Notes: a model not told the origin generated them from the letters alone. A stretch of DNA of 64,000 nt from Leidyana gryllorum EB-2025a (GCA_048772705.1 JBLWGC010000051.1:62001-126000); one strand, 5' to 3'; shown: positions 1 to 11,763, counted from the first letter of the stretch. Numbers and translations: made by a program.

Positions 1-318
1 GGTCTCCCCCATACCGTGCCCATGAAGGTCAGCGGCAAGTGCGCTTCCGTGCGCTGCCGTCTCATCCCTGCCCCCCGTGGTTCGGGTGTTGTTGGTTCTC
101 CCATCGCCAAGAAGCTCTTGCACTTCGCTGGTGTCAATGACTGCTTCACCAGCTCCTCCGGTCACACCCGTACCTCTGGTAACTTCATGAAGGCTTACTA
201 CCAGGCTTTGAGCCGCACTTACGGCTTCCTCACCCCCGACCTGTGGAAGGAATCCTCCTTCACCCAGTCGCCTTTCGACAAGCACGCCAAGGTGCTCGAG
301 AAGGTCGCCGAGAAGTAG
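1..318 (+). CDS. RPS2: 40S ribosomal protein S2 (uS5), 3' part; 5' end outside window
   Basis: PHTVPMKVSGKCASVRCRLIPAPRGSGVV...DCFTSSSGHTRTSGNFMKA...TYGFLTPDLWKE matches the eukaryotic uS5 C-terminal half. Confidence 0.95.
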   Translation, partial: GLPHTVPMKVSGKCASVRCRLIPAPRGSGVVGSPIAKKLLHFAGVNDCFTSSSGHTRTSGNFMKAYYQALSRTYGFLTPDLWKESSFTQSPFDKHAKVLEKVAEK

Positions 319-529
319 GGTGTGTGAATCCTCTTAGTTGCTTGCCTGTGGCTTTCGAATAAAACTAAGTACCTGTGTCAGCACGAGATGCCTGCTGGCT
401 GACGAAACGATTAATCCGTTCACCATTGTATCACCACTGGCCCCAGTCAGTCTTCAGTCCACTACTTGGCACTTTCACCCCCCCACTTTGGCTTCATTTC
501 GTCTCACTCCATGGTGGATTTTTCCGCTC

Positions 530-1465
530 ATGTCAAAACGGCAACGTGAAGCGGACCGGTATTATGTCTTTCGGTCCAGTCCTGGTCTTGCGGGGCCAGC
601 CATCTTCACGGACTGGAAGGATTGCGAATCGTATGTAGTTGGGTCTACGGGTAAGTGAATGTGGTTAATGCGAGTGAGCACACACGTGTGGTGAAAGCTG
701 ACAAGCCTTGCGAATTCCGCAAGTTCTATTGCCTCGAAGAAGCCACGGACTATCTGAAGAACAGATCATTGTTTCCCGTGAAGGTAGGATTCGGTCTGTG
801 TAAGTAACTAACTGGCGGTCAGGATGAAGAGCAAGAGCTGAGTAATGACGTAAAACGTCCTAGGGTGGAAATCGTGCCATCCACTAGCTCAGGATCAATA
901 TTAGATTGTGCTCCCTCCGTACCGAATGCCGCTCCTAAGAGCCAGCCAAGTAAACGTAAATTGAAGCGCGAGCAGCATCAACCTATAACCGTGAGAAAGT
1001 GGAACTGGTTTGACTTGGACGGGTGGTTGGTAGGACGTCTATACGGATGGAGCTTGCTCCAAGAACGGATTTAAGGGTGCTAAGGCTGGATGGGGAGTGT
1101 ATTACGGCCCAAATGATCCGCGTAACATGTGTGGAGAAGTTGGTGGGGCACAGACCAATCAGCGGGCTGAGTTACAAGGCATCCGCGAGGCATTGCAGCA
1201 AGAGCGTAATACCACGTACCCATTGAGGGTGAACACGGATTCACAGTATGCCAAGAAAGCCGTCACCGAATGGTTGCCGAACTGGAAGAACAATGGTTGG
1301 AAGAACTCTGCGGGAGCGCCGGTGGCGAATCAGGATTTGATTCGCGACATTGACAATTTGTTGCAGAGCAGGATGGGGAAGACGGAGTTTCGCTATGTTC
1401 CGGGTCACTCGAATGTTCATGGAAACAATGAGGCAGATAAACTTGCTCGAAAAGCCAGGAGGTGA
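530..1465 (+). CDS. RNASEH1: Ribonuclease H1 (N-terminal hybrid-binding domain + RNase H domain), 4 exons
   Basis: Manual splicing (introns about 651-697, 784-823, 991-1033) gives YYV...IFTDWKDCESYV..G...FRKFYCLEEATDYL (hybrid-binding domain), then VYTDGACSKNG..AGWGVYYG, QTNQRAEL, TDSQY, NQDL, VPGHSNVHGNNEADKLAR. Confidence 0.92.
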
Positions 1466-1542
1466 GGAGCTTAGCTGTTACGGAGTGTGTGCACCGGTCC
1501 CCTTGGCACTTTCTTTCGTCTAAACAAGGATTTTGGGTAGAG

Positions 1543-2292
1543 ATGAAAGTAGCTGTTTTTGGTGCCACTGGAGCAGTCGGGAAAGATGTGGTGAACGGGC
1601 TGATTGAGATTGCCCCCTTCTTCCCCGAGCTGACCGAAATCAAGTTGTTTGGGCGGAGGAAGCCGGCAGCTGTTGACAAGTCGACAGACAAGCTTCAAAT
1701 TCGGTATGAAGAACTTGACTTTGAGAATCGTAAAGTCGTCCAGAGTGACCTGGAGGACTGTGATGCTGTGGTGTGCTGCCTCGGGTCACAGATGACCAAA
1801 TACGGAGTGGAGATGCTAAAGAAAGTTGATCATGACTTTGTGCTCCAGATAGCACAGGTGGTGAAGGATTGCGGCGTTGCGCGATTTCTGCTGTGTTCAT
1901 CGGGCGGTTCAAACGCCAAATCTAAACTCGGCCCCTATCTGCGGATCAAAGGGCAAGCTGAAGACGACTGCAGAGCTCTGAATCTGCCCTTCCTGGGAAT
2001 ATTCAAGCCAGGCCTCTTACGGTGCGCCCGTGAAGATACGCGTCCGGCCGAAGCTGTGATGCGGGCAATGTCAGTTTTTGATGTTGCGGGATGGTGGTCG
2101 ATCAAAACAAGTGAAGTCGGCTTGGCTATGGCATTAGCCGCTGTGTGGCCCAAACAGACTGAAAATAAAGTCTTTGAGGAATATGGCATGGGGCCAATTC
2201 GTAACATTATTAAAGCATTCGAAACCGAAAAGAAGTCCAAAGCGGCAGCTGAAGTAACGGCGATACCATCGGCTGATACGGTCGCAAGTTGA
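1543..2292 (+). CDS. NAD(P)-binding Rossmann-fold oxidoreductase, HTATIP2/TIP30-like
   Basis: MKVAVFGATGAVG, VCCLGS, KVDHDFV, SSGGSNAKS..YLRIKGQAE, IFKPGLL...R..E are typical of the TIP30/Fmp52 family. Confidence 0.85.
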   Translation: MKVAVFGATGAVGKDVVNGLIEIAPFFPELTEIKLFGRRKPAAVDKSTDKLQIRYEELDFENRKVVQSDLEDCDAVVCCLGSQMTKYGVEMLKKVDHDFVLQIAQVVKDCGVARFLLCSSGGSNAKSKLGPYLRIKGQAEDDCRALNLPFLGIFKPGLLRCAREDTRPAEAVMRAMSVFDVAGWWSIKTSEVGLAMALAAVWPKQTENKVFEEYGMGPIRNIIKAFETEKKSKAAAEVTAIPSADTVAS

Positions 2293-2322
2293 GGTTTTAA
2301 GTAGCTCAAAAAAAATAATGCT

Positions 2323-3558
2323 ATGAGGGTATGCGTAGTCAATCCAAAGACAAATGAGGGCTCAAACAATCTCTGGGCCAGTTTGGTCCCTTTGATGGTC
2401 TTCAGTCAACGGAGTGACTATATAAATACGTATGGGGATGTCAGACACGCATTTCAGGATGTCCGAGACACCATGGATGTTATGGATTGTTTGACCATTG
2501 CCACAGTGCAAAGCTTGCAGTATGCAAGAAGTCTCACAACAGCTCATCACATCGTGATGCAAAATGCATCAGATCTTCGGATACCTACAGCAGCCGCTCA
2601 AGCTTGTTGGGACTCCATCGTAGCCAAGTGTTCAGAACTCTTATCTCCGGTGGAGAGCCAACTGGCCCGGGAAGCAGCCTCATCTCCAGGGTTCGCGGCC
2701 AAATTCGGAGATCTTGGGGATCTCACAACTTCGATCAGGGGACAGTCTGCCATGGGAATCAATCAAACACCACATCTGAGTCATCCAGATGCACTGAAAC
2801 AGATTGGATCTCAAATTGCCAATGCTGTGGAGACTCGAGCAGCGCTCAAATCAAGCACTCCCATTAGTGACGAAGCCAACGCCCTATGGGAGTTGATAAA
2901 GGACTTTACGAATCACAAGAAATCAGCCAAGAAAACGGCTCCCACGGCTCTGGTCCACCAGGTCGAACGCGAGAGGTGGCGAGCGATGCAGGTCTACAGA
3001 AATCTGGTTGGGGCGTACAGTTTGGGAATTGCACTCCATAAGGCACTCAAAGCTCAAGGGGAAGGCTCGCGGAGTGATAGCACCTACGGTGAAACGAACA
3101 GAGACCCACGCAATGAAGGCAGCACGGCCTCACTGCCAGCTGGAGTCAATCGTGCATTGATACGCAATCAAGGCAGCAAGGCCTCACTGCCAGCTGGAGT
3201 CAATCCTGCATTGATGGAATGGTATATCGAGTGCTTGAGACACTTTCAGGGCCAAGGTCTTGGCGAACAAGGCAGAAAGGCCGTCCAGTGGGTCGCCGAC
3301 GTGCCAGAACCCCACGTCACCAGAGAGGCGCCGAAGTATAGGACATCTTATGCCTGGTTACGAGACTATACAGATGCTGAGAAGACACTCAAAGAACGGA
3401 TGTCTCCTTCAAGAATAACTCAGGACATGATCGCTCGTTTCGCATTGAACCCCGTCACCGGCCGCAAGGAGTATCCTCCTCAAAGCCAAGGGGATCACTC
3501 CCCGCCCACAGAATCCGAAAACACGAGCTACAACAGCTCTGCGGTCTTTCCGGCATAG
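2323..3558 (+). CDS. Hypothetical protein (411 aa) with an internal 18-aa duplication
   Basis: Long uninterrupted ORF; no family recognised. Confidence 0.6.
   Translation: MRVCVVNPKTNEGSNNLWASLVPLMVFSQRSDYINTYGDVRHAFQDVRDTMDVMDCLTIATVQSLQYARSLTTAHHIVMQNASDLRIPTAAAQACWDSIVAKCSELLSPVESQLAREAASSPGFAAKFGDLGDLTTSIRGQSAMGINQTPHLSHPDALKQIGSQIANAVETRAALKSSTPISDEANALWELIKDFTNHKKSAKKTAPTALVHQVERERWRAMQVYRNLVGAYSLGIALHKALKAQGEGSRSDSTYGETNRDPRNEGSTASLPAGVNRALIRNQGSKASLPAGVNPALMEWYIECLRHFQGQGLGEQGRKAVQWVADVPEPHVTREAPKYRTSYAWLRDYTDAEKTLKERMSPSRITQDMIARFALNPVTGRKEYPPQSQGDHSPPTESENTSYNSSAVFPA
3108..3215 (+). repeat. 54-bp tandem duplication inside the CDS
   Basis: acgcaatgaaggcagcacggcctcactgccagctggagtcaatcgtgcattgat repeated with 3 substitutions (RNEGSTASLPAGVNRALI / RNQGSKASLPAGVNPALM). 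Confidence 0.95.
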
Positions 3559-3630
3559 CGAACGTGTGTGCGCGAGTGATTGAACAAGGGGCAAACATTC
3601 AGTTATTAGGTAGTTAGATAGGTAATTGGT

Positions 3631-3673
3631 TCGATGTTGCAGACGCCTCACTCGATGTTGCAGACGCCCTCAC
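3631..3673. repeat. 21-bp tandem duplication in a convergent intergenic region
   Basis: tcgatgttgcagacgcc at 3631 and again at 3652. Confidence 0.9.
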
Positions 3674-3727
3674 CCAATATACCTCTAAAATGACACTATA
3701 TAGACACACCGAAACAACAGAAGAATA

Positions 3728-5626
3728 TCATACGGACGTCGGACGTAAATGTAATACCGCATTCGGTAACAACCCAGAATGCTCAACCGTGTTGTTGCCA
3801 TCCAAGGGCCCAGCTCCCATACTTATCAACTGGAATTGCCCGTCAGTTGGCACCAGGGGATGGCGATAAGCCTTTCTTTGATCGTCCCCACCTAAGCCCC
3901 GTACACAGCTGGGCAGATCTGTTTCGACCGCCCCACTGATCACGAGGCCATTGCTCACATCACTCTGTAGCAAAGAATCCAATACGCTGAGTGTTTGTTG
4001 CAACTTGGCAATTGATAGCGCACGGTGAACCCGGACGCGCACTCTTTCGTTAGCTGGGGCAATGCGTAATGAAATGTCAGCAAAATCAGAGTCGTCAGCA
4101 TCGGGATATTCAGACGCTGCACTCAACATTCTTTGAGCCAAAGCTGTGGCTTCCAGTGCCTTTTGCCGCTGTACGAAACAAGACTGTGTGCCACACGAAA
4201 AGTAAGCCCCTTACAGCAATCAATTGTTCCGCTTCGCGAGCCTCGGCTTCGGCTCGTGCGGCTTCTGCTTCCGCGCGTTCCCGTTCAGCCTTCTCTTGTG
4301 CTCTGCAAAGGCACGATGAAGCGTAAAAGTATGCAGGTTTCTTATACCTCTGTCTGTCGGCCCGTAACGATTCTTCGTATTCGTGCTGTTGCCGTTCTCG
4401 TAGCTCTCTGTCTTGCTGACGACGTAATTCAATCTCCTGCGACTTCTCCTGAATCGGCTGAGCCAAGCGTGTTGCCGTATTGATGACAGTGGCAACTTGC
4501 TCGTCGGTTGTGTCTGTAGTGATAGTAAGCTTGCAGCAGCTCAATAGACAGCCACGGAGCAGTTCTATACCAATGTGCGCATGGAGAGCGGGCTCCGCCG
4601 CCAGCGACACGTAGGCTGCCTGCAAAGCTTCTATCAGACGCTCTTGAACGTCAGCCGACCAGCGGACACCCGTTTCGGCAGAGTTGAGGCCGGGGAAGTT
4701 ATCGCTTTGCCTCAATTGGACAGGAGCACTTCTGGTTCGTAGAATTAAGCGATATTGCTCTGCCACGCTCGGACTCAGTCGAAGGGGAAGCAGAATTGTC
4801 AGAGAAGCTGGGCTCTGCAGACCCAGCGCACGCGTAGTGAGAGAAGCCCAGACAGAGCTTTCCATATTGTGACCGTAACAGACGACGGCCTCCTGCAGAA
4901 TCGGCAGCACAAGAGGTGACTGTAAAATTGCGAGTAGATTATTCAGACGTTGGGTGTGACTAGCGTGGGATAGGGCACGGAAGTCCAGGCCCAATACCAC
5001 CAAAGGGATTCCTTCGTTCACGGCTCGGGACAAAGCCTACACGAGGAAGGGCATTACTTTGGGGCTTTCAGAGCCACTCACGTTTCCGAATGGAGGCTCA
5101 ATGAAACCAATAGTCCTTGCAGGATGGTCGGACGGAAGGATCCCGTGGAAGCGGGTCGCAAAGGAGAGGTCTGTGACGTGACTATTGGGTATGAATATTC
5201 CTTTGATGAATGAAAGCAGTTCATTGACAGTGTGGGTGGTGAAGGATCCCAGCATCCGGTAAATCTGGGCAAGAAATCGCTCCCACCCCCTCGTGGTCTG
5301 CGTCGCTAGCGCTGTTGGCTGCGCAACCGGCACGCGAGGCGACCTTGGACGACTCCCGCCGCCAGCTCCAGCGCTCCCGTCGGCCCCCCTCGACAGTCGC
5401 TGACGAGAAGGAGGCGTTGGGGGCGCAGGCCGGCGGTGAGGGACATTATCAGAAGACGCGCGTGCGTCAACTTCGGCAAAGTGCAGTTGCACAGCAGCCT
5501 GAGTGGACGTTTGGGCATACCAACAGTATACCTTCTTACATTAATGTCACCATTGGCAGCCTCCAGGAGGTGAGCCGCATCCTCAACAGAAAGGCCGGTA
5601 ATGGCCTGCAAGTCTTGTTCGGACAT
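3728..5626 (-). CDS. UBX-domain protein (UBA-like, coiled coil, C-terminal ubiquitin-like/UBX; FAF2/Ubx-like), multi-exon
   Basis: N-terminal LQAITGLSVEDAAHLLEAANGDIN (UBA-like), RQQDRELRERQQHEYEESLRADR (FAF-type coiled coil), C-terminal TVEHSGLLPNAVLHL; several short GT-AG introns. Confidence 0.75.
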
Positions 5627-5757
5627 TTTAGCGCTCTATTGACGCTGCACTAGGATCGGTTTCAGACGAAAAAGCTCCGACCTAAGCGGAATAGCTGAGC
5701 ATTGACTTGAAATATTATACAGCATTCAGTGGGGTGATGGTGGAGGTAAGTGGGGTC

Positions 5758-6036
5758 TCAATGGTCATTGCAAGCGGTGTGCTGCTTCTTGGTGGTTGTC
5801 AATGAGTGCGTTGGCGGCTTTTGTTGGTGCTGCTTGTATTGTTGTTCTTCAATGAGCGAGAGAAGCACTCGGTCCAGCGGCCGGCGCTGGTGCCGATGTA
5901 TCTGCTGAATCTGTTCCAATGTCAGGATTTCTGACACGCGATGCTGTCGCTGACGTTCCCTCGGCGCCTTTGCCTCTACAACAGGCGGCCCCGCAGGCGC
6001 TACTTGTTTGCTATAAGACAGACGAGGCCACGGCAT
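5758..6036 (-). CDS. Possible small Gln-rich hypothetical protein or exon
   Basis: 92-aa ORF filling an otherwise empty gap; no family recognised. Confidence 0.3.
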   Translation of the reverse strand: MPWPRLSYSKQVAPAGPPVVEAKAPRERQRQHRVSEILTLEQIQQIHRHQRRPLDRVLLSLIEEQQYKQHQQKPPTHSLTTTKKQHTACNDH

Positions 6037-6197
6037 CGAAATAATATTTATTCCGCGATGACCAAAAAGCTACTCATAGAGGTGACTGACGTTTCTTTCC
6101 ATCGATGCATCGGTTCGGCGGTAGGTTATAGGTAGTAGGTATACAACCCAAACACTGGCACTATCTTTCTGCCTGCCTCCCAACAGCAGCAGTATCA

Positions 6198-7374
6198 TCA
6201 ATGAGCTTGAAGAGTAGGGAAAGCCTGGTTGTCGGAAAGATTGATTTCCTTGGACGGCACAGCAGCACTGCCCTGTTGCTGAGGCTTCGAATTGGCGCGC
6301 TGAGGGCCGTTGTTACGACCACCACGTCCACCGCGCTGAGCGCGATAATTCAGTTGTTGACCGCTCTGCTCGGCTACCTCAGCCAGATGCATAGTGCGGG
6401 GACGCTGTTTCTCGTCACCAGAGTCACCACCCTGGGCTTCCTTCTCAGCTACTGCGCGAGGGTTCTCCTTGGTATAAATCTGATACCCGTCCTGGATGTA
6501 CTTCTTCCTGTCTTCCTCCAGAGTGGAATCAGCTGCGGCCTCTCTCACGGGCAAAGCAGCCTGAGCCTCTTGACGGCTAACCAGATAATCGGCATAGCTC
6601 TGGGTCTTAGGCTTCTCCTCTTCAGGAGCGGCCTTGGGCTGCTGCTCCTCGCCACCAGCAACAGGGGCAGCTGCAGCTTCCTGACCTTCCGCGCCCTCGG
6701 GGAAAGTGGTAGTAGGCCACTCACCTGAGGCCGGGGCCTGCAACAATCATAGAAACGACGTCACAAATAAAGTTAGCACAAATAACATATCTACCGCCTG
6801 CTGCGTGCGTTCACTCTCTAACACTCGCACACCCTATGGAAAGTGTGCCATGCTATTTTGCGCACGCACGTTGCGGTTGTGGCAGCCGAGACAGAGCTCG
6901 TTCGTTTAGGTAAACAGCATGTAAGAGACTTACGTCGTCACCTCCGAAGTCAGTGCGCTCGTTGCCCCAGTTGTGGGCGCCACCGCCACCCTTTTTCATC
7001 TCCTTGCCACGGCCAGTGCCAGAGTGGCGGTCGAACTCCCGCTCGCCTGCGCGAACAGCGGGGCGTTGGAAACGGCCTCCACGGCCAACCAGACGGGGGC
7101 CAGTAGGGCGAGCAACTCCTGTGGCTCTCGCAGCGCGATCCTCAGCACCGCCGGCTTCCCTCTCGGGGGTGTCTGGGCGGCGAGTGGTACGCGGAGCGGA
7201 ACGGTTTTGAGGTTGAGTCGTCGTACGGGGAGGACGCTTGGAATCGACTGGTGCCCGAGCCGCCTTTGGGGGCTCTGGAACCTCCTCGGGCTTGGAAAGG
7301 ATGGCGTCCTCATTGTCGCTGTCATCGAGCGCCGCGAAGGCGTTCGATGTCGGAACTGTGTAGTGCTGCGGCAT
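6198..7374 (-). CDS. SERBP1/HABP4 (Stm1-like) RNA/ribosome-binding protein, 2 exons
   Basis: NAFAALDD, REFDRHSGTGRGKEMKKGGGGAHNWG, RGG boxes, C-terminal INLSDNQAFPTL; intron 6738-6933. Confidence 0.88.
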
Positions 7375-7616
7375 GTTGGTATGGACCGCTTGGATGTCTA
7401 TCGAGAGCAACCAAGCAAGATGACCGAAGTTATCGAAGGGAAAAAAATCCAAACTTTTATGTGCGATGTGTGGGAGTGCAAAACGACTCTGCTATTTTTT
7501 GATGGCGGAACGGCTAAATCGACATTCGGAACCGGGCGCACCGCGTAAGCACACAGCACACACGCAAAGTAAAAAGTAGTGATCTGTGCATTTCTTCGTC
7601 CGGGATACAAAGAGGC

Positions 7617-8030
7617 ATGTTGGGCTTCTGGAAAGGGGCACCGGGGATGCTATCCCGACGTTTTGCGGCCACGGCCTCCGTCAGACCTGCACTACAGGTC
7701 ACCGACCGCGCCAAGACCCGCTTTCGCAAACTACTCGAGCGCCGCAACCTACCGGAAGGCGCTGTACAGATATCAGTCCGCGAGAAGGGGTGTGCGGGTC
7801 TGAGTTACGCAATTGACTTTCACAAGACCCCAGACGTGAAGGCTGAGAACGGTCAGAGTCTAGTTACTATAGCCAATGACGGAATTACCCTCATGGTGGA
7901 TCGACGTTCGCTCGGCTACCTCATCGGGTCAGAAATCGACTGGTTAGAGGGCGACGTTTCGAGCCAATTCGTTTTCAAGAACCCCAACGCTAGCCATAAT
8001 TGTCCTTGCGGCAGGTCATTTGCCACTTAA
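7617..8030 (+). CDS. ISCA1: Fe-S cluster assembly protein IscA/Isa1 (HesB family) with probable mitochondrial targeting peptide
   Basis: [22 protein letters not shown]...CPCGRSF; Arg-rich, acid-free N-terminus. Confidence 0.9.
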   Translation: MLGFWKGAPGMLSRRFAATASVRPALQVTDRAKTRFRKLLERRNLPEGAVQISVREKGCAGLSYAIDFHKTPDVKAENGQSLVTIANDGITLMVDRRSLGYLIGSEIDWLEGDVSSQFVFKNPNASHNCPCGRSFAT

Positions 8031-8118
8031 ACGTGAGTCGCACTTTTTGGCCATCAGACAGAAACACCTTTTTTACCCTCAAACCCAACAAAGTTTGTGC
8101 CTGCCTGCAACCTCCTCC

Positions 8119-9399
8119 ATGTCAAGATACGACTCGCTCACCACAACCTTCTCACCTGAGGGCCGCCTCTTTCAAGTCGAATATGCTCTCGAAGCCATCA
8201 ACAACGCTTCCTCAACCTTAGGTAAGGGTTTAACACCCCAACAAAACCCACTGTGCCCTTCATGGCGCCGGCTATCTCGACCGGCGCGCGGCACACACCC
8301 CGCGCAAAGTTGTTCGGGTGGCCACTCAACATGTGTGTGTACACGTGTGCAGGCTAAATTCAGAACCTCAGCATCATTGGGTACCCCCTTTTGAGCGAGG
8401 TACCGCCAAATGCCTCGACGACGTGCTTTGCAATGAATATAATATCTTCACGTATCTCTATGGCCGGATAACGGACGTCTCGCGCATAATGGGGTGATTG
8501 GCAACAGCTTTGATTGCTGGAGCTACATGTCCGTTTCGCGGATGACTCGTTCGTCATCGTCTCGACAAGAATGCCAAGCGCCATTCAAGCGGCATACGTA
8601 TTCTTGATTGTTGTGTGTGTGGACGTTTCGTTGTCCTTCTTATGAGTGTGTCTATTTGTCGTCCTACCCCCGCACAATCAAAGCTTTTGAGTCATTCCAT
8701 TCGCAGGGATTCAGACGACTGGAGGTGTTGTAATTGCTGCTGATAAGATGACCACCTCCAAGTTGCTGGATCCGGGGCATGAGAAGGAGAAGATCTACGT
8801 CGTTGATGACCGAATAGTATGTGCGGTAGCCGGTTGGACGGCTGACGCTAATGTTTTGTTATATCAAGCCCGGTTGGCTGCACAGAGGCATCTTTACAGA
8901 TTCGATGAACGGATACCTGTGGAGCAAATGGTTGTTCAGCTTTGCGATTTGAAGCAAAGCTACACACAGTTCGGTGGCTTGAGGCCTTTTGGGGTTTCCT
9001 TCCTCATCGCAGGATGGGACAAGACGCGGGGCTTCCAATTATTCCATACTGATCCCGCAGGCAACTACGGAGGCTGGCATACAACCGCTATTGGTCAGAA
9101 TTCTGTATCCGCACAGTCCATCCTCAAGCAGGTAAAGGTTCTTTTAAGTGACTGCCCCGCTGACTCTACCTCATTAGGAATGGAACGAAAATCTAACTCT
9201 GGATGAAGGCTTGCTGCTGGCAGCCAAAGTTCTGGCCAAGACTACCGATGCTGCGAGTCCCACGGCAGCTATGACTGAGTTCGCAGTTCTCTACCTGGAG
9301 AATGGGGTGCCCAAACATCGATTCCTGTCGCCCACTGAAGTGGCAGCTCTCTTAGACGAAGCTATCAAAGAGCCTGTGGCCGTCCCTGATGCCATGTAG
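8119..9399 (+). CDS. PSMA4: 20S proteasome subunit alpha-3 (PSMA4), 3 exons
   Basis: [27 protein letters not shown]; [28 protein letters not shown]; introns 8222-8706 and 9132-9177. Confidence 0.95.
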
Positions 9400-9517
9400 A
9401 CGTAGTCTGTTCTAATGCACACACGCCCATGAGTCTCAGCCTTCCTGTTAACCACCAGTCCAATCACCGGAACGACTAGTAGCTTACACATATAAATCAA
9501 ACTGCCACAACTAATGA

Positions 9518-10303
9518 TTAAATCTCGTCCATCTCGAAAGGATCGAGTTCTGGATAGTCTCCCACCTGGACGTCTTGCCATGCGACCAGCCTGAGACTGT
9601 TTTCCTTTTGGCTCTCGTACAGAACATTCGCACCGTCCTGTCCATCCCAGTTACCGAAAGGGGAATCCAACTCTACTCCTACAGCCCCTCGGGACTTCAG
9701 CCCCAATTGATTGCTCAATGAGTCAGAGATGCGGCCGCGCCAGGCAACTGAGCCTCTCAGAGAGGTCGCTGCGCCAATCTGACAACGAGATCCAATTGGG
9801 AATTTCGTCTCCAAGTCGGCAACGGAAATAGAATTTGCTGCACTCTTCTCAAACAACTCAGGCCGCTGAGCCTTCAACTGCCGTAGAAAGTCACGAGCGT
9901 TTCCCGGCCGGCGGTTATATTCTTCATCTGTCATGCGATAGGTGGGCACGGCAGGAGCCTCCTCGACCAACGACGAAACCAACGAGTTGGGATCGTCGTC
10001 GTAAACATGGAGACGGTCTCGATTCTTCAGGCCATAGTCAGCAAGACACTTGTTGTCGTCGTCGAGGAAGGGTCCTGTGTAATCGTGATCTATCAAGCCA
10101 GGTCCAAACCTCCACTTACCATCGTTTTTCTCATCGCCGCTGCACCACTGAAGCCGTATATGAGCGTCGTTGCTACCCGTGTGGCGAGCAACTTTCGCTT
10201 TTATTGCTGTCAATGGCACAGACGCATCGAAACGAATCTCCGGCCATCGGGTGTTCGGTGCCAGCTGGTGAGTCAAGTCCAAAGTCAACTGTTGAGCCGT
10301 CAT
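9518..10303 (-). CDS. TBCB: Tubulin-folding cofactor B (Ubl + CAP-Gly)
   Basis: WPEIRF, IKAKVARHTGS, LADYG, YRMTDEEYNRR, IGSRC, GVELDSPFGNWDG, VGDYPELDPFEMDEI. Confidence 0.9.
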   Translation of the reverse strand: MTAQQLTLDLTHQLAPNTRWPEIRFDASVPLTAIKAKVARHTGSNDAHIRLQWCSGDEKNDGKWRFGPGLIDHDYTGPFLDDDNKCLADYGLKNRDRLHVYDDDPNSLVSSLVEEAPAVPTYRMTDEEYNRRPGNARDFLRQLKAQRPELFEKSAANSISVADLETKFPIGSRCQIGAATSLRGSVAWRGRISDSLSNQLGLKSRGAVGVELDSPFGNWDGQDGANVLYESQKENSLRLVAWQDVQVGDYPELDPFEMDEI

Positions 10304-10320
10304 CGAAATTGTTTTTTCCC

Positions 10321-11701
10321 CTATGACTGTGATGTCCGCACTTCCTCAGCGATTGAGGGTTTGCTCAATGCGGAAGGGGAAGGCATCGTTTCCACTGAGT
10401 GCGATGTAGAGAACGCAGGCTGTCGAGCTTTCGCCTTTGGTTGGCTGTCTAAAGAGGCCATTTCCGTTTCTCCTCGCAAGACGTCGTCAGAAGCCTCCGT
10501 GTCCAACTCGTCCGGTTCCACCAGTGTTGCTGCAGGGGCCTTCCGTATCTGGTCTGCCTTCGCCTTGGTATAGAGTCCGCTACCCAACATCGACAGACCA
10601 ATTCCTCCCATAGATGCTAGAGATGTCTTGTCACCCATCAACACAATTCCTCCCAGAGACTGGACCAAACTCTTCGAAAACCCCACAATGTTGAACGTCA
10701 GGGGGCTTGTGACCTTAACCAGAAGGTACTGTGTCATATTCAGTGTGGTTCCCATAAGGCCTGCGGCAGTATGGAATCAGAGAGGCGAGGTAAATCAACA
10801 ATGTGCAACATCTATGCATGAGACGCAAAATGCAGATCATGGTTCGCACACTGCAAAACACCCTATCGCAGCTCGCAAACGCCATTCTGCTCCATCACGC
10901 AACCCGCAAAATACCATGTGCTAGTCGTGCATCACGCTTACCACTTAGGAGCATTCCACCCCACACAGTGAGAAGCTTGGGACCATTGGGGTCCAATCCC
11001 AAGGCCTGCTTGAAGTTGGTCATCGGCTCGGAAACCAAAGTCATGGGCAGGAATAGGAAAGACGAGAGCAGAACGTTGTAGTTCAAGAGTCTCTGGTTGT
11101 CGCCGTCAGTATAGGGGAGAGTGCGCTTGATGAGCACATTATAAAGGGACTGAAAAAGTGAGGAGAAGCCGCCAGCGATCAAGCCGCCCAGAGACAGGGT
11201 GGTAGGATCGAGGGATCCGACGATGAAGCCGACGACCATCAACCCGCAGGCGACAAGGATGACAGATGATTGCCTCTCCCCGAGTAGGAAGTAGCTAAGT
11301 ATGATAACAAATAGGAGAGTAAGGGAACGAGCGACCTGGTAGGTCGAGATCAGCGTCCGTTGCAGGCAGATGTTGGACAAGCCAACACTGAGAACGAAGC
11401 TGATGCTCAGAGGCAGTACCTTCCAACATACGGGTCCCGTAAAGGAGGTGGCAGGGAAGATTTTGCGGAGGGATGGAAAAAGCCGTCCAGCTTGCGAGCC
11501 CAGGTAGAAAAGGACCAGACCGATACATTGCTGAACCCACGATACGAAAACTGGGTACTTGAAGCCGGAAGTGAACAACCACCAATTGAAGTATACTGTT
11601 GCAAGCGAGACGAAGCAGTAGCTTCCGATACCAAATATTAGCAGCCCGAGCCCGTTCGTGGCGGCCGCGACCTCCACGGCAGTCTGCGAGGAACCAGACA
11701 T
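10321..11701 (-). CDS. Nucleotide-sugar transporter (SLC35C1/GDP-fucose transporter-like), 2 exons
   Basis: Multiple TM segments; PVFVSWVQ, NICLQ...YQVARSLT, VKVTSPLTFNIVGFSK; intron 10761-10941. Confidence 0.85.
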
Positions 11702-11763
11702 ACTAACTCGAAAAAAAGCTCAGATCACTTGCACCCGCACCTTATCCTTTTGTGCCATCTAAT

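Noticed and set aside
1097-1465. RNase H domain as a retrotransposon remnant
   Set aside because: It splices to an N-terminal hybrid-binding domain, giving cellular RNase H1; no RT, integrase or LTRs nearby
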